From Massalongia carnosa (lineage: Eukaryota): a stretch of 64,000 nucleotides of DNA. The stretch is from positions 2,418,001-2,482,000 of the forward strand of contig OZ287070.1 of NCBI GenBank assembly GCA_965645245.1, given 5' to 3'. The position numbers and the translations under genes are program-made. The notes below the pieces were generated by a model, which ran no database searches, was not told where the DNA came from, and was given only the letters and a program-made list of their open reading frames with translations. Positions 30,294 to 41,528 of this stretch are shown in pieces; positions within the stretch are counted from its first letter, which is position 1; each line of letters starts with the position of its first letter.

Positions 30294-31049
30294 TCGAGAT
30301 GAAAGAAGAGGGCATTGAAGCGTAAAGACGAAATTCCACTTCCGTGGTATGGCGATAGAGAGTAGGTGTTGACAATTAGTTAATCCTCAGGTACGAGTAC
30401 CCCACAGCTGCAGATTATTATTGCAACAGCAAGCTAACTAGTTAGCTAGTTATTAAAACAATCGCACATCTGATCTCCCCACAGCCGCTTACCATATACA
30501 CCTTAAGCGAAATTCAGAATCGACATTATTTTGAATTGCTTCTTGGACCAGCTACGTATTTATATGGGCCAACCATCATTCTATGCCCATATATGTTTGT
30601 TTCTCACACTTTAGTTACTACTCTAGTATCTCTTTAGTTTTTGTTTCTGTGTAGGGTCTTTCAGTTTGTCAAAGTAACCCTGCTCACCCTCTTCAACAAT
30701 TATTCTCTTACCCCAACAACGGCTCATCGATGCCGGTCTGATTTACTTTTTTTTTAGGGTTGAACACAAGCTCAACAAGATCACATCTCTGCAAATTGAT
30801 TATAGAGACCATTATATTTAGGGATGATATAAATGGGGGGATGAACGTGATTCCTGTGTCGGATTTTCTTGCCTTCTCTAGATATTCTCGTTCAAAGTCC
30901 GCATCCTCTCCGATCTCTCCGAGCTCTACGTTACTCGGAGTCTCTTAGCTGAACGCAATGTCCACATCACATCTATCATATGAGGATCTCAGATTCCTAG
31001 ACCCTCTTTAAGAATGACAATTAGTGATTTGATGCCGGTATAGCTATGT

Positions 31050-31330
31050 GCTAATGGTGAAGCTCGGTATTGAGAAATAGTCTTATTAGCACGGCTCTTT
31101 ATATCTCGGCGGTTACTATGAATGCCTTTAGGGTACGTGAGAATCCTGCCCGCGATAGGTTCTATAACCCTGAACAAAACGCCGATGTCTTCGGGTTTTT
31201 GGTCCATTGGATGCACTCCAAACCCGTCTTCCTTACGCTTTATGATTGTAGCGAGAACTTAGAGAAGGTCCATGAAGCTGTTCTTCAGATTAGTATATCG
31301 GTTTTGAGTTTCTATCAATCGAAAAATCGA
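31050..31330 (+). pseudogene. Possible decayed BTB/POZ-domain gene fragment
   Basis: Across frames and stops it reads MVKLGIEK*SY*HGSL..GYYECL*G and NPEQNADVFGFLVHWMH. This is reminiscent of the fungal BTB pattern V.VG....F.VH..LL...S.YF...L.G...E.DP..F..LV.WLY. Weak and judged by eye. Confidence 0.25.
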
Positions 31331-32099
31331 AAACTCGAAAAATCATACTCCTCCTTGCCGGAATTTCCCCACAGGGGCAACTCACCGTAGTGAAGCCCGT
31401 TTGTTACTCCCAGGAGCCTGCTCTGGAAGGGTTCCAACGCTAACGAATCTATATGCAAGTGAACGCTGTGGTAGAGAATGTTGTCGATTGTAGCAGATAT
31501 GCTGGTGGGAGCTTTGAAAGAGGGGTGTTTGGACTAGACCGAGATGCTGGTTGGAAAGTCACCTGAGCTGAACGAGTGACAATTGATGTTGGCTCGTGAA
31601 GACACTGACTTGAACCCATTTATGTAACATATTATCTTCCCCCTTGTAATTCAATATTATAGACCAACAGTCTTCTCACCAGCATGACCGATCTTCGCTT
31701 CTAGGCAATACTCCCCAGACCCATCTCTCAAAGAGAGAATATTAGCTTGCATGTGCAGCAAACCTCCACTCCCTAGATCAAACCAAACGCCAAGTTTCCG
31801 CACCCGTCGAACATGGACCAAGGCATCATCCGCCACAACAAAACCGGATCCTGTTATCGCTTTCGTCACAAAAACCGCCGGGTTTACTCGGGGCTTTGTT
31901 CGCGTTCCTGGGAATTTTCGGATTATCTTAGTTATACATAGGTGCTACTATATGCTGTTCCTGGTGGAGGTGAGGTCGGGCAATCCAATCCGCTCTCCTC
32001 TTCATGCCTACGTCCAAACATGAGTAGATAATTCCCCATAAACCTCCATCTGAGCTCTTGACTGGAATAGGAAAACGAAGTACGTAGAGCAGAAAAGCA

Positions 32100-32950
32100 G
32101 TCCTGTTCCCTTCCCCTCCCATAACCCTCCTCCATGTACCCCTTCATCCATCCATCCACCAACCCCCCCAAATCCACGAATCCCTCATCCAAGAAAAGAA
32201 CCACCCAAACCCACCCAAACCCACCCACACACTCAACCCCTCCACTCAAAAATAGACAAACGAAATAGCCGTATAGAAAGCCAACTAGTCAACCAAGCAA
32301 GTAACCCTAGTAAATAGCCCGCGCGTGCAACTCATCCCACCACACACACACACACACACACACATCCCCCCATAACCCGTTCACGAGAAGGGATGTAGTG
32401 CGAAAAATAGCGTCGGTACGAGAAAGCGGTGCGGAGAAGAGGTAAAACAAAACAATGATCGGTATTTCCGGCTCGGGGACAGCTGGAAGATATGTACAAA
32501 GGTAGGTAGGTATTTCGAAGAAAAAGGAAAAAGAGAAAAAAAAAACGGGAGATCGAACATACGATTACGCGGTTAAGAATGTATCATCATCCACCCCGCT
32601 GGGCAATCACCACCCACTTTACCCCTTATCCGTTTATCCATTTCTCCTCACAGCTCCCTCCATTCCCTGCAACTCGGTAGGGGAGGAAGAAAACAAAAAG
32701 AAGAGAAGATGGCAGAGACTTCCTCGTGGCAGATAGAAAAACGATCCAGCATTGGGTTTGATTTCCGTTGATTGAGAGTGAGAGTAAGAGTGAGAAGAAA
32801 GGAAGACAAACAAACCGTTTCATGGATAAAAAGGTCATGACTATCAGGGAGATTGCATCCGTCGTCAAGGATCAAACCAAACCAAAATCTATACCGTCCT
32901 CTTCCCTCCTCGCCGTGAACGCGTCGTCTCTCCATTCCCCCCACCAAACA
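32100..32950. repeat. Simple-sequence/low-complexity island downstream of tyrosinase
   Basis: C/A-rich runs (CCACCCAAA)n at ~32200, (CA)n at 32341-32363, and A-runs at ~32520. Confidence 0.7.
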
Positions 32951-32990
32951 TAGCCACCCTTAGAGAACCGGTTCTAATCCTGCCCTCGAC

Positions 32991-35143
32991 TCACAACGGA
33001 TCGTAATCCCCCAACCCCCCGGCCTTCCCTTTCGTAACCTCCCGATAAGCCACCAGCGGGCCGTACGTCGGGAACCGATTGCCCTCGCCCGTGTTCTGCC
33101 GCACCTCCTGCCCTACCACGTATAGCTTCAAGCTCTCCACTAGGCTCACGTCGACGGTGCTGTCGTCAAACGCCTGAAGGCGCCACTGTAGCCGCTCGGT
33201 TAGCAGCGGGATCACGTCTGCGGGGTCCAAGGAGGGAAGGTCGGGGCTTGCGAGCAGGGCGTGCGTGAGGGGGATTTGCCCATATGACGTGCTGGCGAAG
33301 AGCTGAGACGAAGGGTCAGGAGCGAGCACGCAATGGGAGGCTACTAGCGTCGGTGCGAATGACCAGGTCGTCGGCGATGCGGGAAGGTCGCCGAGGAAGA
33401 AGTGAGCAAAGAAGGAAGAAGGGAGAGCGGATCTAGTGATATAGACTTAGCTACGGAGCCAACGGCGAGTTTGGTTATTAATAGGCGACGTTGAACTTAC
33501 CTGTTAATGCGGACATTGACGAACCATTGATGATCTGCGGCATTTGGGAACTGTGCTGCCGCTTTGCCGCGTTTTTTTAGTGCTGGAGGCTGGTTGTTAC
33601 CGGTGGGATTGTAGAGCGCATTGAGTTGGCCTCTGACATTGGAAGAGAGCTGGGTGGCGTCTATATCCCAATCGGCGATTTCTGGATAGGTGTATCCGAA
33701 GGTACGAGTAGTTCTCGCCGTTCCGGATGTGTACAGCGCACCAAAGTTGTTGGAGTGAAATGGCGTTAGTGCTAAAAGGGTCAATCAGAGCTAACAAGAA
33801 CAGGGAAGACTTCGCATACGTGTATCGATATCTTCGGTTGAACCTGGAGCGTCTGTATAGGTGCCGACTTCATTGACTTGAGCTGTCGTGTATGAGTCGG
33901 GGTATATTGCTTGCCAGATGGCGAAGAGCCGATCCACATTTCTGTATCTGTATAAGCGTGGATGTCTGAGGCCTTACAACGTCGTCACCTACGCATGATG
34001 CAGCCAGAAGATTGGGTCGAAGGCCGAATATGGAATGACGCTCATGTGACCCCCATTCCCGACCAAACTGTGGATGGCATTATGCAAGTTCTCTAAACTG
34101 TTATATCGGTTGCCACGTTCATCGGTGTATCCTGTATTCGAGAATGGCGCATACTCCGATTGCTCAGTGATAAGCTGATATGTCATAATATGAAGGCTAC
34201 TATAACTTAGTAGGACCTTCGAAGCTGTGAGACATCACCTACGCTGCGCCGTTCGCAATCAACTGTTTGTTAGAGAGATCAGGCTGACTGTTCCCGGCAG
34301 TATCAGGATATCGCACCGTATGGTGGAATGATGCCAGCTGTATTTGTTAGCACCAGTTTTGATTATAGGTAAAAGTAGCTGGGAAACCGTAGGAAGAGGC
34401 GATTGGAACATGCACGAAATACCTACTGCATCAGTCGTAGGGAATTCTGTTACAGAAGGCTGAGGGTGAAACGTATAGTCATATAAGGGGTTAGATACAT
34501 TGCAGGGTCCACGTGGCGAGTTGATCGTGATTGAAGGCGTATTGGTGAGGTCAGGCATTGCTGGACTGATAGCCCAATCCCAGTATGGAATTCGAAGGGT
34601 CTCAGCCGCCACTTGATACTTTGCTCGCTCTGGGTTAGGATACATTCTGGCAATATGGCGGGCGTTCGTCCATATGAGTTCCTACAGCTCTAAGTATGAA
34701 ACCTGGTAAAGACAAAAGATTAAAAAATACCTCAAATAGTGCCAGGTATGGGCGGTGCCAGGAAGGAAACAAAATAGATTCATGTGGACAATAGCCGGTT
34801 TCGTACCCCCCTTCTACTCCATCCCATGAGACAAAAGGACGTCCGTGGATACCTAAGGTCAAGCTTAAAACAAAATGATTGCGAAAGTCAGGTAATGAAA
34901 CTAGTTACCTGAAACTTGATAGTAGGATATGAGGCTGGATTGATTCTGTCGCTTGAATTCGCTTAGTGACTGGATATACAGATCAAAGGCTGGCCCCGAA
35001 TCCTTGAAGACCGAGAACTCTTGACGACTAGGTCTCTCGCCAGTAATGGGATTGATGCCACCATGAGGCCCTTTGATTGCAATTGTGCTTCCCAACGTCA
35101 CCAAAGCAAGTAAGAGTAGAGCCCATAAGGTAAAGTTGGACAT
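32991..35143 (-). CDS. Secreted tyrosinase (type-3 copper protein) with C-terminal domain (multi-exon)
   Basis: Signal-peptide-like MSNFTLWALLLLALVTLGST. CuA region IHG...GYCPHESILFPSWHRPYLALFE, then LRIPYWDWA. CuB region LENLHNAIHSLVG...AFDPIFWLHHA|NVDRLFAIWQ, then FGYTYPE and C-terminal YGQIPLTHALL. Confidence 0.93.
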
Positions 35144-37751
35144 GGTTGTAGTGAGGTCAGGCTGAAGAGTAGCTGCTGACCGTTGATGAGGATCAGTATT
35201 TGAGTTGAAAATGATAAGAGGCCAATATATCTTAGATAAATTGAAGGGTAATATACAATAGATTTTGACGCGTCCTATTCTGGCCGGACAACTTCTATGT
35301 TCATTTTCTGCAGGAGCCACCTGTCGAGACTACAGGCTTCGACTCGTAGGAAGTCACTTGCATCCGGGAGACCAGCTTAAAAAAGTCACACGAAGCCCAA
35401 GTAATGCTAGATACAAGCATCTTTGCTTGCAATGATGAATAATTTAGTAGGTCGGCTACACAACGGCCAGGATTGGGTGCATCGAACGATTAACGTGTGT
35501 TTTGCCCAGTGAATTTTTCACTCTGCATGCAATGCAAGTCAGATATATTCCGAAGTACTGCAGCCATCCGCAGATATGCCTATCATATCGATCCTGTGAA
35601 GAAGTACTTTATGCAAGGGACCATGGACTGAATGAACACAACCCAGCACAAGGTAAAATTCTCTGGACAGTAATGTGAGGTAGAAATCTGCGCTTCCAAG
35701 CTTTGCTTTTGTTACTTTGCAAGGCTTGCAGCAGAAAAGCCACAAATTTCGAAATAGGAAATATCAATCGCCGAGGAACGTACCGCATCAATGGTGGCTC
35801 TCTGAATCCTCACTACTGCATATAGCAATACTCTGTTGCGATTTGCTAACAGTAATCAACGTTTGAGGCATTTGTTGTGGCCTCCAAGATGAGATTAAGG
35901 CTTATACATAACAGCTGAGGGTTGGGCAGACTAAGGCGCAAGCCTCAACCTAAGCAGGAGAGCTGCATACTCTCCTTGGTGCATCCAAGCACTTCATCAG
36001 TTCCAATCTTCCTTTATGGCTAGAACGACGAGCTTTGGTAAGTATTCGTACGAGAGGCGGTTATAATCAGCACTGCTCATAGAGTCCAGAAAACCATGAG
36101 ATGCTTAGGGAGCCGAAAACAGCTCGTGTCATTTTCGGGGATTGAAAATTGTATGATCATTCGAGTATCTAGCCACTTTTCCTTTGAACTCGGCAGCTAG
36201 GCATCGAATAGCCCTGGTATTGCTGATTTGCGTTTCAATGTATAAGCAGCAAAAACCCGTTCCTGGACTATCAACAACAACAAGAACCCAAGTTTTGTCA
36301 AACGCCATGATTGGGTTATGCCGGCGTTGTGGAGGCGTTCGTATTACTAGTTGAACACAGCATGGGAGAAGATGCTGCTCTGCTTAGAGTACCTTGTTTG
36401 ACGCTGGTTCACCACTTCGACGTTATTTCCCTACGCTGTTTCACGATCCCACATAATCGTTCCGAGCGCAGTCAGTCTAAGCGCGGAATGAATTATACAG
36501 TTAGCGTTGCATGAACAATCACCTTGCATTTTGATGCTATCGATATGGCACCAAGCTAATGCACATGATATAATGTGTCGATTGCGATGGTGCTTATATA
36601 TATTTTTGTCGTGTCAGATCGCGAGGTTAAAGCTTCGCAGTGGTTGAAGAAGAACATTGATGAAGTACTTTGTCCCGAGAAACTCCTGGTCTTTGACCTA
36701 TAGCATTGTATTAATTCTAAAGTCAGCAGAACTTTGAGGATTGACATACTTGCTCACTCAAAGAAACATCGATGTATTTCATTTCACCCGTGAGATGTAG
36801 GAAAGTCTGTTGAATACGAGATAGATAGGTGTTGTGTCTTGGTCACTTCGAGCTTGGTCCCTGACCTATCTTTTCCATGAGCTCGGTTAATTGGCACGGA
36901 GGATACTCGTGTCGTAGTTCATCTTGGTAACTGCATGGTATAATAATTTCAATCTAGCCATAAGTCATTGTGCCATCATGAGCTGCTTTCCGACAGCTTT
37001 CATCCGGATACTTTCCTAGTATCTATTCTGGCCTGGCACCAAGGAGAAGCAGCGAAGGTTTAAATACGACTATGAAAAGTTGAGGGACCATATCAGGGCG
37101 AGAATCCATGCATCTTGTAGTACTTTCCTAGCTATGATATCAAATAGAAATTGCAGGGAGGATACTGATAAAGCAGTATCTTGAAGACTGGCGAAATCGC
37201 AACATAGGATATAGTAAAAAGTTGAGGATGCTTGGGCTGATCAATTCATCCTGTTTTGTACTGGTTTCAATCTTCCTAGAGAAAGTATCATGATCATACA
37301 TATTGTAGAGTTTTTGTCCCAGTTGATCGACATGAGAAGAACAAACGATGTCGAGAGGCTAGACAAGGCATCTGAGACTGAAGACAAAACCGTCGAAAGA
37401 GTCTTCAACACACCCGACAGCCTTAGAATCAAGACAAACTTCCTAGCAATTTTGGCGAAATGTGTCGTGCTCGGAAACGACACAAGTACTCTACTACATA
37501 ACTCCCGCGACTCCCTTTTGCCCCAGCGCTAAGAGTGGCCGCTAAATTAGTTTCATTGGTTACTAATCATAAAATCAGCGATAATGATTATGATAACGAA
37601 AGGTGTTGAAATAGGTATAATAAAGGTATGTATCTAGGCAGCAATCTTTTCCTATTACTGGTCACCCCTTCTAAGCGAGGTGATCTTATCTTATCTTGGA
37701 CTAAGCCTAATGCGGCATCTACGGTTTCCGTAGATGATCTGTCCATCTAGG

Positions 37752-39079
37752 CACGCGGGGGACAAAAAAAAAACTACACCAAAATTTAACCGGGTTCAAC
37801 CCCCCACCAAAACACAAGCAATTTCCATACAATTTTGATGGGATAATCACCATTTCAACAACCAGTCATCCAATTCATTCAATCTATTCAATAACCAGTC
37901 ATTTTACCCTCACCATCCAAAACAGCTCTCAATCTATCTGGCATAGTAGACACCCGTTCATTGATAAATGCCTGGGAAACGTTCGCCCACCCCTCATAAA
38001 TTAGCCCCTTGGTCGTATCATCATCCCAATGAGGATATTTTTTTAAATATTGCTTCGGGGCCTGCCAGCAATTTTCTATGGGGGCCAAATCAGGTGAACA
38101 TGGACAGTTGAAATAGTGCTTCAGATCGTTGTTCTGCTTCCAAGTGCGTACAATGTTTGATTTGCCTGGTCCATGTCCAGAATCACCGTCTTCTTCTAAG
38201 ACGAAATCGTGTTTTGCTTCAATCCAGGGCTTCACAATAGGCTCCAATATAGAGTCGATATAGACTCGTTGACTCATCTTTCCATTGGAGTTTCCAGGAA
38301 CTCTGTAAAAGTAGATATCTGACTTGAAGTCATGACCTGCAGCAGCCCAACAGTGATGTCTCTTCTTGACGGCCTCGTCTGGTTCATCTGCTTCTTGAAT
38401 ACAATCATGACAATAACGTTCACCTAATCTTCGTATGATGCGTAATTTGCCCTGAGGTCCCCATCCAAAGTGCACTTCGTCACTAAATCGAACTTGTTTC
38501 CAGTCTTCTGCATTTGGATATCTAGAAAGCATAGCATCTGACCACTTCATACGAAGCTTTCTTGTCTTCTCGTTCACCCATCCCTTTCTGCACGCAATGC
38601 ATTTGTGATAATCCATGGTGCCCATGATTCGTTGAATGGTTTTGCCACTGCAGTCTAGGCCTACTTCGAAGCCCAATTGCTCCCATGTAAGAGCGCGCGC
38701 CTCCATACCTTCTTCTTCCAATAGCCGTTCCATTTCTCTAATCAATTTAGGCGTAACAATTTTGTGACGCCCACGAGCTTCAGAAACATCGGAATTATTA
38801 TGATGACGGCGTGATGAGGCTCCTTCACGCAGGTATGCATAGCCCCTCGTACGTTCCACATCAAATGTGCGAAAAACATCCTCTTTGTGATAAGAAATGC
38901 CTTGCTTTTCGCAAAATTCAACGGCTCCCTGAGTTTTAGCTTTGGTAGGAGTCTCGATATGTTTAGAATTCATAATAATGATAATTATCCCATCAAAATC
39001 GTATGTAAATTGCTTGTGTTTTGGTGGGGAGTTGAGCCCGGTTAAATTTTGGTGTAGTTTTTTTTTTGTCCCCCGCGTG
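37752..39079 (-). mobile_element. IS630/Tc1/mariner-superfamily DNA transposon (DD37E), 1,328 bp, with long TIRs
   Basis: TIRs 37752-37847 and 38984-39079 (96 bp, 4 mismatches, beginning CACGCGGGGGACAAAAAAAAAACTACACC). Flanked by CTAGG at 37747-37751 and 39080-39084. Intact transposase inside. Confidence 0.95.
37888..38973 (-). CDS. Intact Tc1-like transposase, 361 aa, D96D37E catalytic triad
   Basis: First ATG inside the element is at 38973 (MNSKHIETPTK). RGRHKIVT linker and HTH LTWEQLGFEVGLDCSGKTIQRIM. Catalytic VRFSDE, LEEDGDSGH and PCSPDLAPIENCW. Tc1-like C-terminus MPDRLRAVLDGEGKMTGY*. Confidence 0.93.
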   Translation of the reverse strand: MNSKHIETPTKAKTQGAVEFCEKQGISYHKEDVFRTFDVERTRGYAYLREGASSRRHHNNSDVSEARGRHKIVTPKLIREMERLLEEEGMEARALTWEQLGFEVGLDCSGKTIQRIMGTMDYHKCIACRKGWVNEKTRKLRMKWSDAMLSRYPNAEDWKQVRFSDEVHFGWGPQGKLRIIRRLGERYCHDCIQEADEPDEAVKKRHHCWAAAGHDFKSDIYFYRVPGNSNGKMSQRVYIDSILEPIVKPWIEAKHDFVLEEDGDSGHGPGKSNIVRTWKQNNDLKHYFNCPCSPDLAPIENCWQAPKQYLKKYPHWDDDTTKGLIYEGWANVSQAFINERVSTMPDRLRAVLDGEGKMTGY

Positions 39080-39566
39080 CTAGGGCAGCCGTAGGTGCTA
39101 TGTTCATCGTACTGATAGGTGTTCATTGTGCTGGTAGGAATTGGATATTCAACAAAAGGGATGTTAAAATTTCAAGAGCATATGTAGTTGAATCTGTAAC
39201 CACATGCTTTGATGATACTGAATGTTTACGAAGATTAAATGAAGATTTTTATCTTTTGATCTTTTAGTTTTAACGCTGGTGCAAAAGGGGGTGTGGCGCA
39301 AAAGGGGTTTGTAATCGCAATACGCTAAAGCGAACGACTATTATTTTCAAAGCTTCCGTGAAGCAACCACTCTTAACAGCATATATTTTCATGAATTGAT
39401 TCCTTACATCCTTTACTATTCAAAACAACCGCGATGCCTTTGTAGCCTATTGAATTTATTAACCCCTTTCCTGCATACTGTAAATAGAATTTATTCTAGT
39501 TACAGGCTTTTTTCACCTTCCATCCTTTTGGCAAGCTGTCGGCATCGCACGCCTGTTCAGTACAGG

Positions 39567-41528
39567 ATGGCGTGGTCTAAATCTACGAGGATTATGATAC
39601 TGCTGGGTATAGACTCTGCATTCTTTTTATTAGAGCTTTTTGTTGGTATGTGAAAATTTCTCCTGCCTCTTTCCACATACGGCTTTAATAACTAGTGTGT
39701 AGGGTATGCCGTTCATTCATTAGCGCTCGTTGCGGATTCCTTTCACATGGTATTTGATGTCGCTATTCTCATGGCTTCACAAATGGATTCTAATCGCCTT
39801 TATCATAGCTAAATGATGTGCTCTCGCTCTGCGTTGGTTTATGGGCCGTCAAGGTTGCGAATCAAAAGACAAACTCGATGTACACATATGGAGTAAGATG
39901 GCTCATTTTGCGGTACAATAATTCACTAAAATGGCTAATAACCCATACAGTGGCAACGAGCAGAAACACTTGGAGCACTCGTGAACGGGGTGTTTCTTGT
40001 GGCATTATGCTTGTCCATCTTCCTCGAGGCCATCTCGCGATTTGTTGAACCTCAATCGGTCTCCAACCCTCAACTAGTCCTAATTGTTGGCTGTTTTGGG
40101 CTCGTTTCCAATATTCTAGGTCTAGTTCTTTTCCATGAACACGGCCACCAGCATGGCAGCCACCAGGAGCAGTCTCATACAGCAATCGACAATGTCTCAA
40201 CTGCCGAGGAAGGTCGTAGCCAAGATACGACGACAAGGATGGATTTGCATACACAGATTGTGGCTGATGAAGGGGGGAACGTGGCAGATATACTACCGCA
40301 AACCACTATTGGAGGATGGTCAAAATCCGCCAGACTAAGTCGATATGCCAGTGAAAGCACATCGGAACAAGGGAAAGACCGACCAAGAGCATTCAACAAA
40401 CGCGACGAGGATGAGTCAACAGCAACAAACTCTACATCCCCTACCTCTGTGAGAAATTCCACCACTGCAATGGCCTGGCGCCATCATCGGCGTACTAGTG
40501 GGTCAAGATCTAGATTTGGAAGTGCAGATGGAATTCACATCCATCCTGCTAGTTTCAGGAATGAAATTATTGCAGCTAGCAGGCTAGAGGACATCAATTC
40601 CGCAACGGGCTCCGAGTCAGAAGCCGAACAGGCCGAACAGGAAGAAGAACCCATGGAGACTTCCCCATTGCTTTCCAAAGCCAAAAGCCATAGCTCCAAA
40701 AAATCTATAGATCAATCTACCAATGATAATGACAAGCTTAAGACACGCAACCGCCACAATTCATGGCACAAGGGCCACAATCATTCAAAGCCTAAAAAGG
40801 ACGGTTCGGGGGCTCACGGTCATGGTGACCTCAACATGCAAGGGATCTTTCTACACGTTCTGGGTGATGCCCTTGGGAATATTGGTGTGATAGGTTCTGC
40901 TCTGATTATATGGCTCACCGATTACTCCTGGCGGTTCTACGCTGATCCAGCCATCTCGTTGGTGATCACTGTTATCATTCTTGGTTCAGCACTGCCGCTC
41001 TGCAAAGCAGCTTCCCGAATCTTGCTTCAGGCGGTACCGCCAGGTATTAGCGTAGATGACATTAAAGAGGACATCGAAAAGCTCCCGGGCATTCTCAGCT
41101 GCCATCATTTGCACGTATGGCAGCTCAGTGATACCAAGCTTGTCGCCTCTCTACACATACAAGTCGAGTACGACTTCAAAGGGGAAGGTTCAGCACGGTA
41201 CATGCAACTTGCCCTGGCGGTTCGAAAGTGTTTACACGAATATGGCATTCACTCTTCCACCATTCAACCTGAGTTCTGCCTTGACAATACGCGCCGGCAG
41301 GTATCTAGACCAATGACTGACGACGAAGGTTCGGACACCAACCGACCTGAGGGTAGTAGACCGGGAACGAAACCGCCCAGCAAAACCGCAAGTCAGGCGG
41401 CGAGCGTGCGTAGCGAACCTGCAGCGTGCCTTCTGGAATGCGGTGATGAGTGCGATGGACGTGGACAATGCTGCACTCCGGGCGCGCCAGAAAGCGAGTC
41501 CCTCGACGAAGCTGGTCACTCTCATTAA
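39567..41528 (+). CDS. ZRC1: CDF-family vacuolar zinc transporter (Zrc1/Cot1-like)
   Basis: MAWSKSTRI...LELFVG|YAVHSLALVADSFHM|LNDVLSL...YTYG|WQRAETLGALVNGVFL. His-rich loop, LNMQGIFLHVLGDALGNIGV, CHHLHVWQL, HEYGIHSSTIQPEF and a Cys-rich tail. Confidence 0.94.

Larger units (their letters stand above)
37604..39154. mobile_element. Solo LTR (~218 bp once the nested DNA transposon is removed)
   Basis: Starts TGTTGAA (37604) and ends TTCAACA (39154), giving inverted TG...CA termini. Identical 5-bp flanks AAAGG at 37599-37603 and 39155-39159. LTR halves are 37604-37751 and 39085-39154. No internal gag/pol nearby. Confidence 0.85.

Noticed and set aside
31402..31629. TGTTAC...GTAACA bounded 228-bp segment as a possible solo LTR
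   Set aside because: Flanks CCGTT and TATTA do not match.
7103..35143. MFS + Zn2Cys6 TF + methyltransferase + tyrosinase as a secondary-metabolite cluster
   Set aside because: No backbone enzyme (PKS, NRPS, terpene synthase), and the genes are interspersed with housekeeping myosin and a hexose transporter.
37716..37750. Perfect 9-bp-stem hairpin CATCTACGG-TTT-CCGTAGATG followed 10 nt later by CTAG, resembling a Helitron 3' end
   Set aside because: CTAG is followed by G rather than T, no Rep/helicase remnant or defined 5' TC end was seen, and the hairpin lies inside the solo LTR delimited by TG..CA and the AAAGG duplication.
38974..39126. 412-aa version of the transposase in the ORF track
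   Set aside because: Its ATG lies outside the TIR-defined element; the element's own first ATG is 38973.
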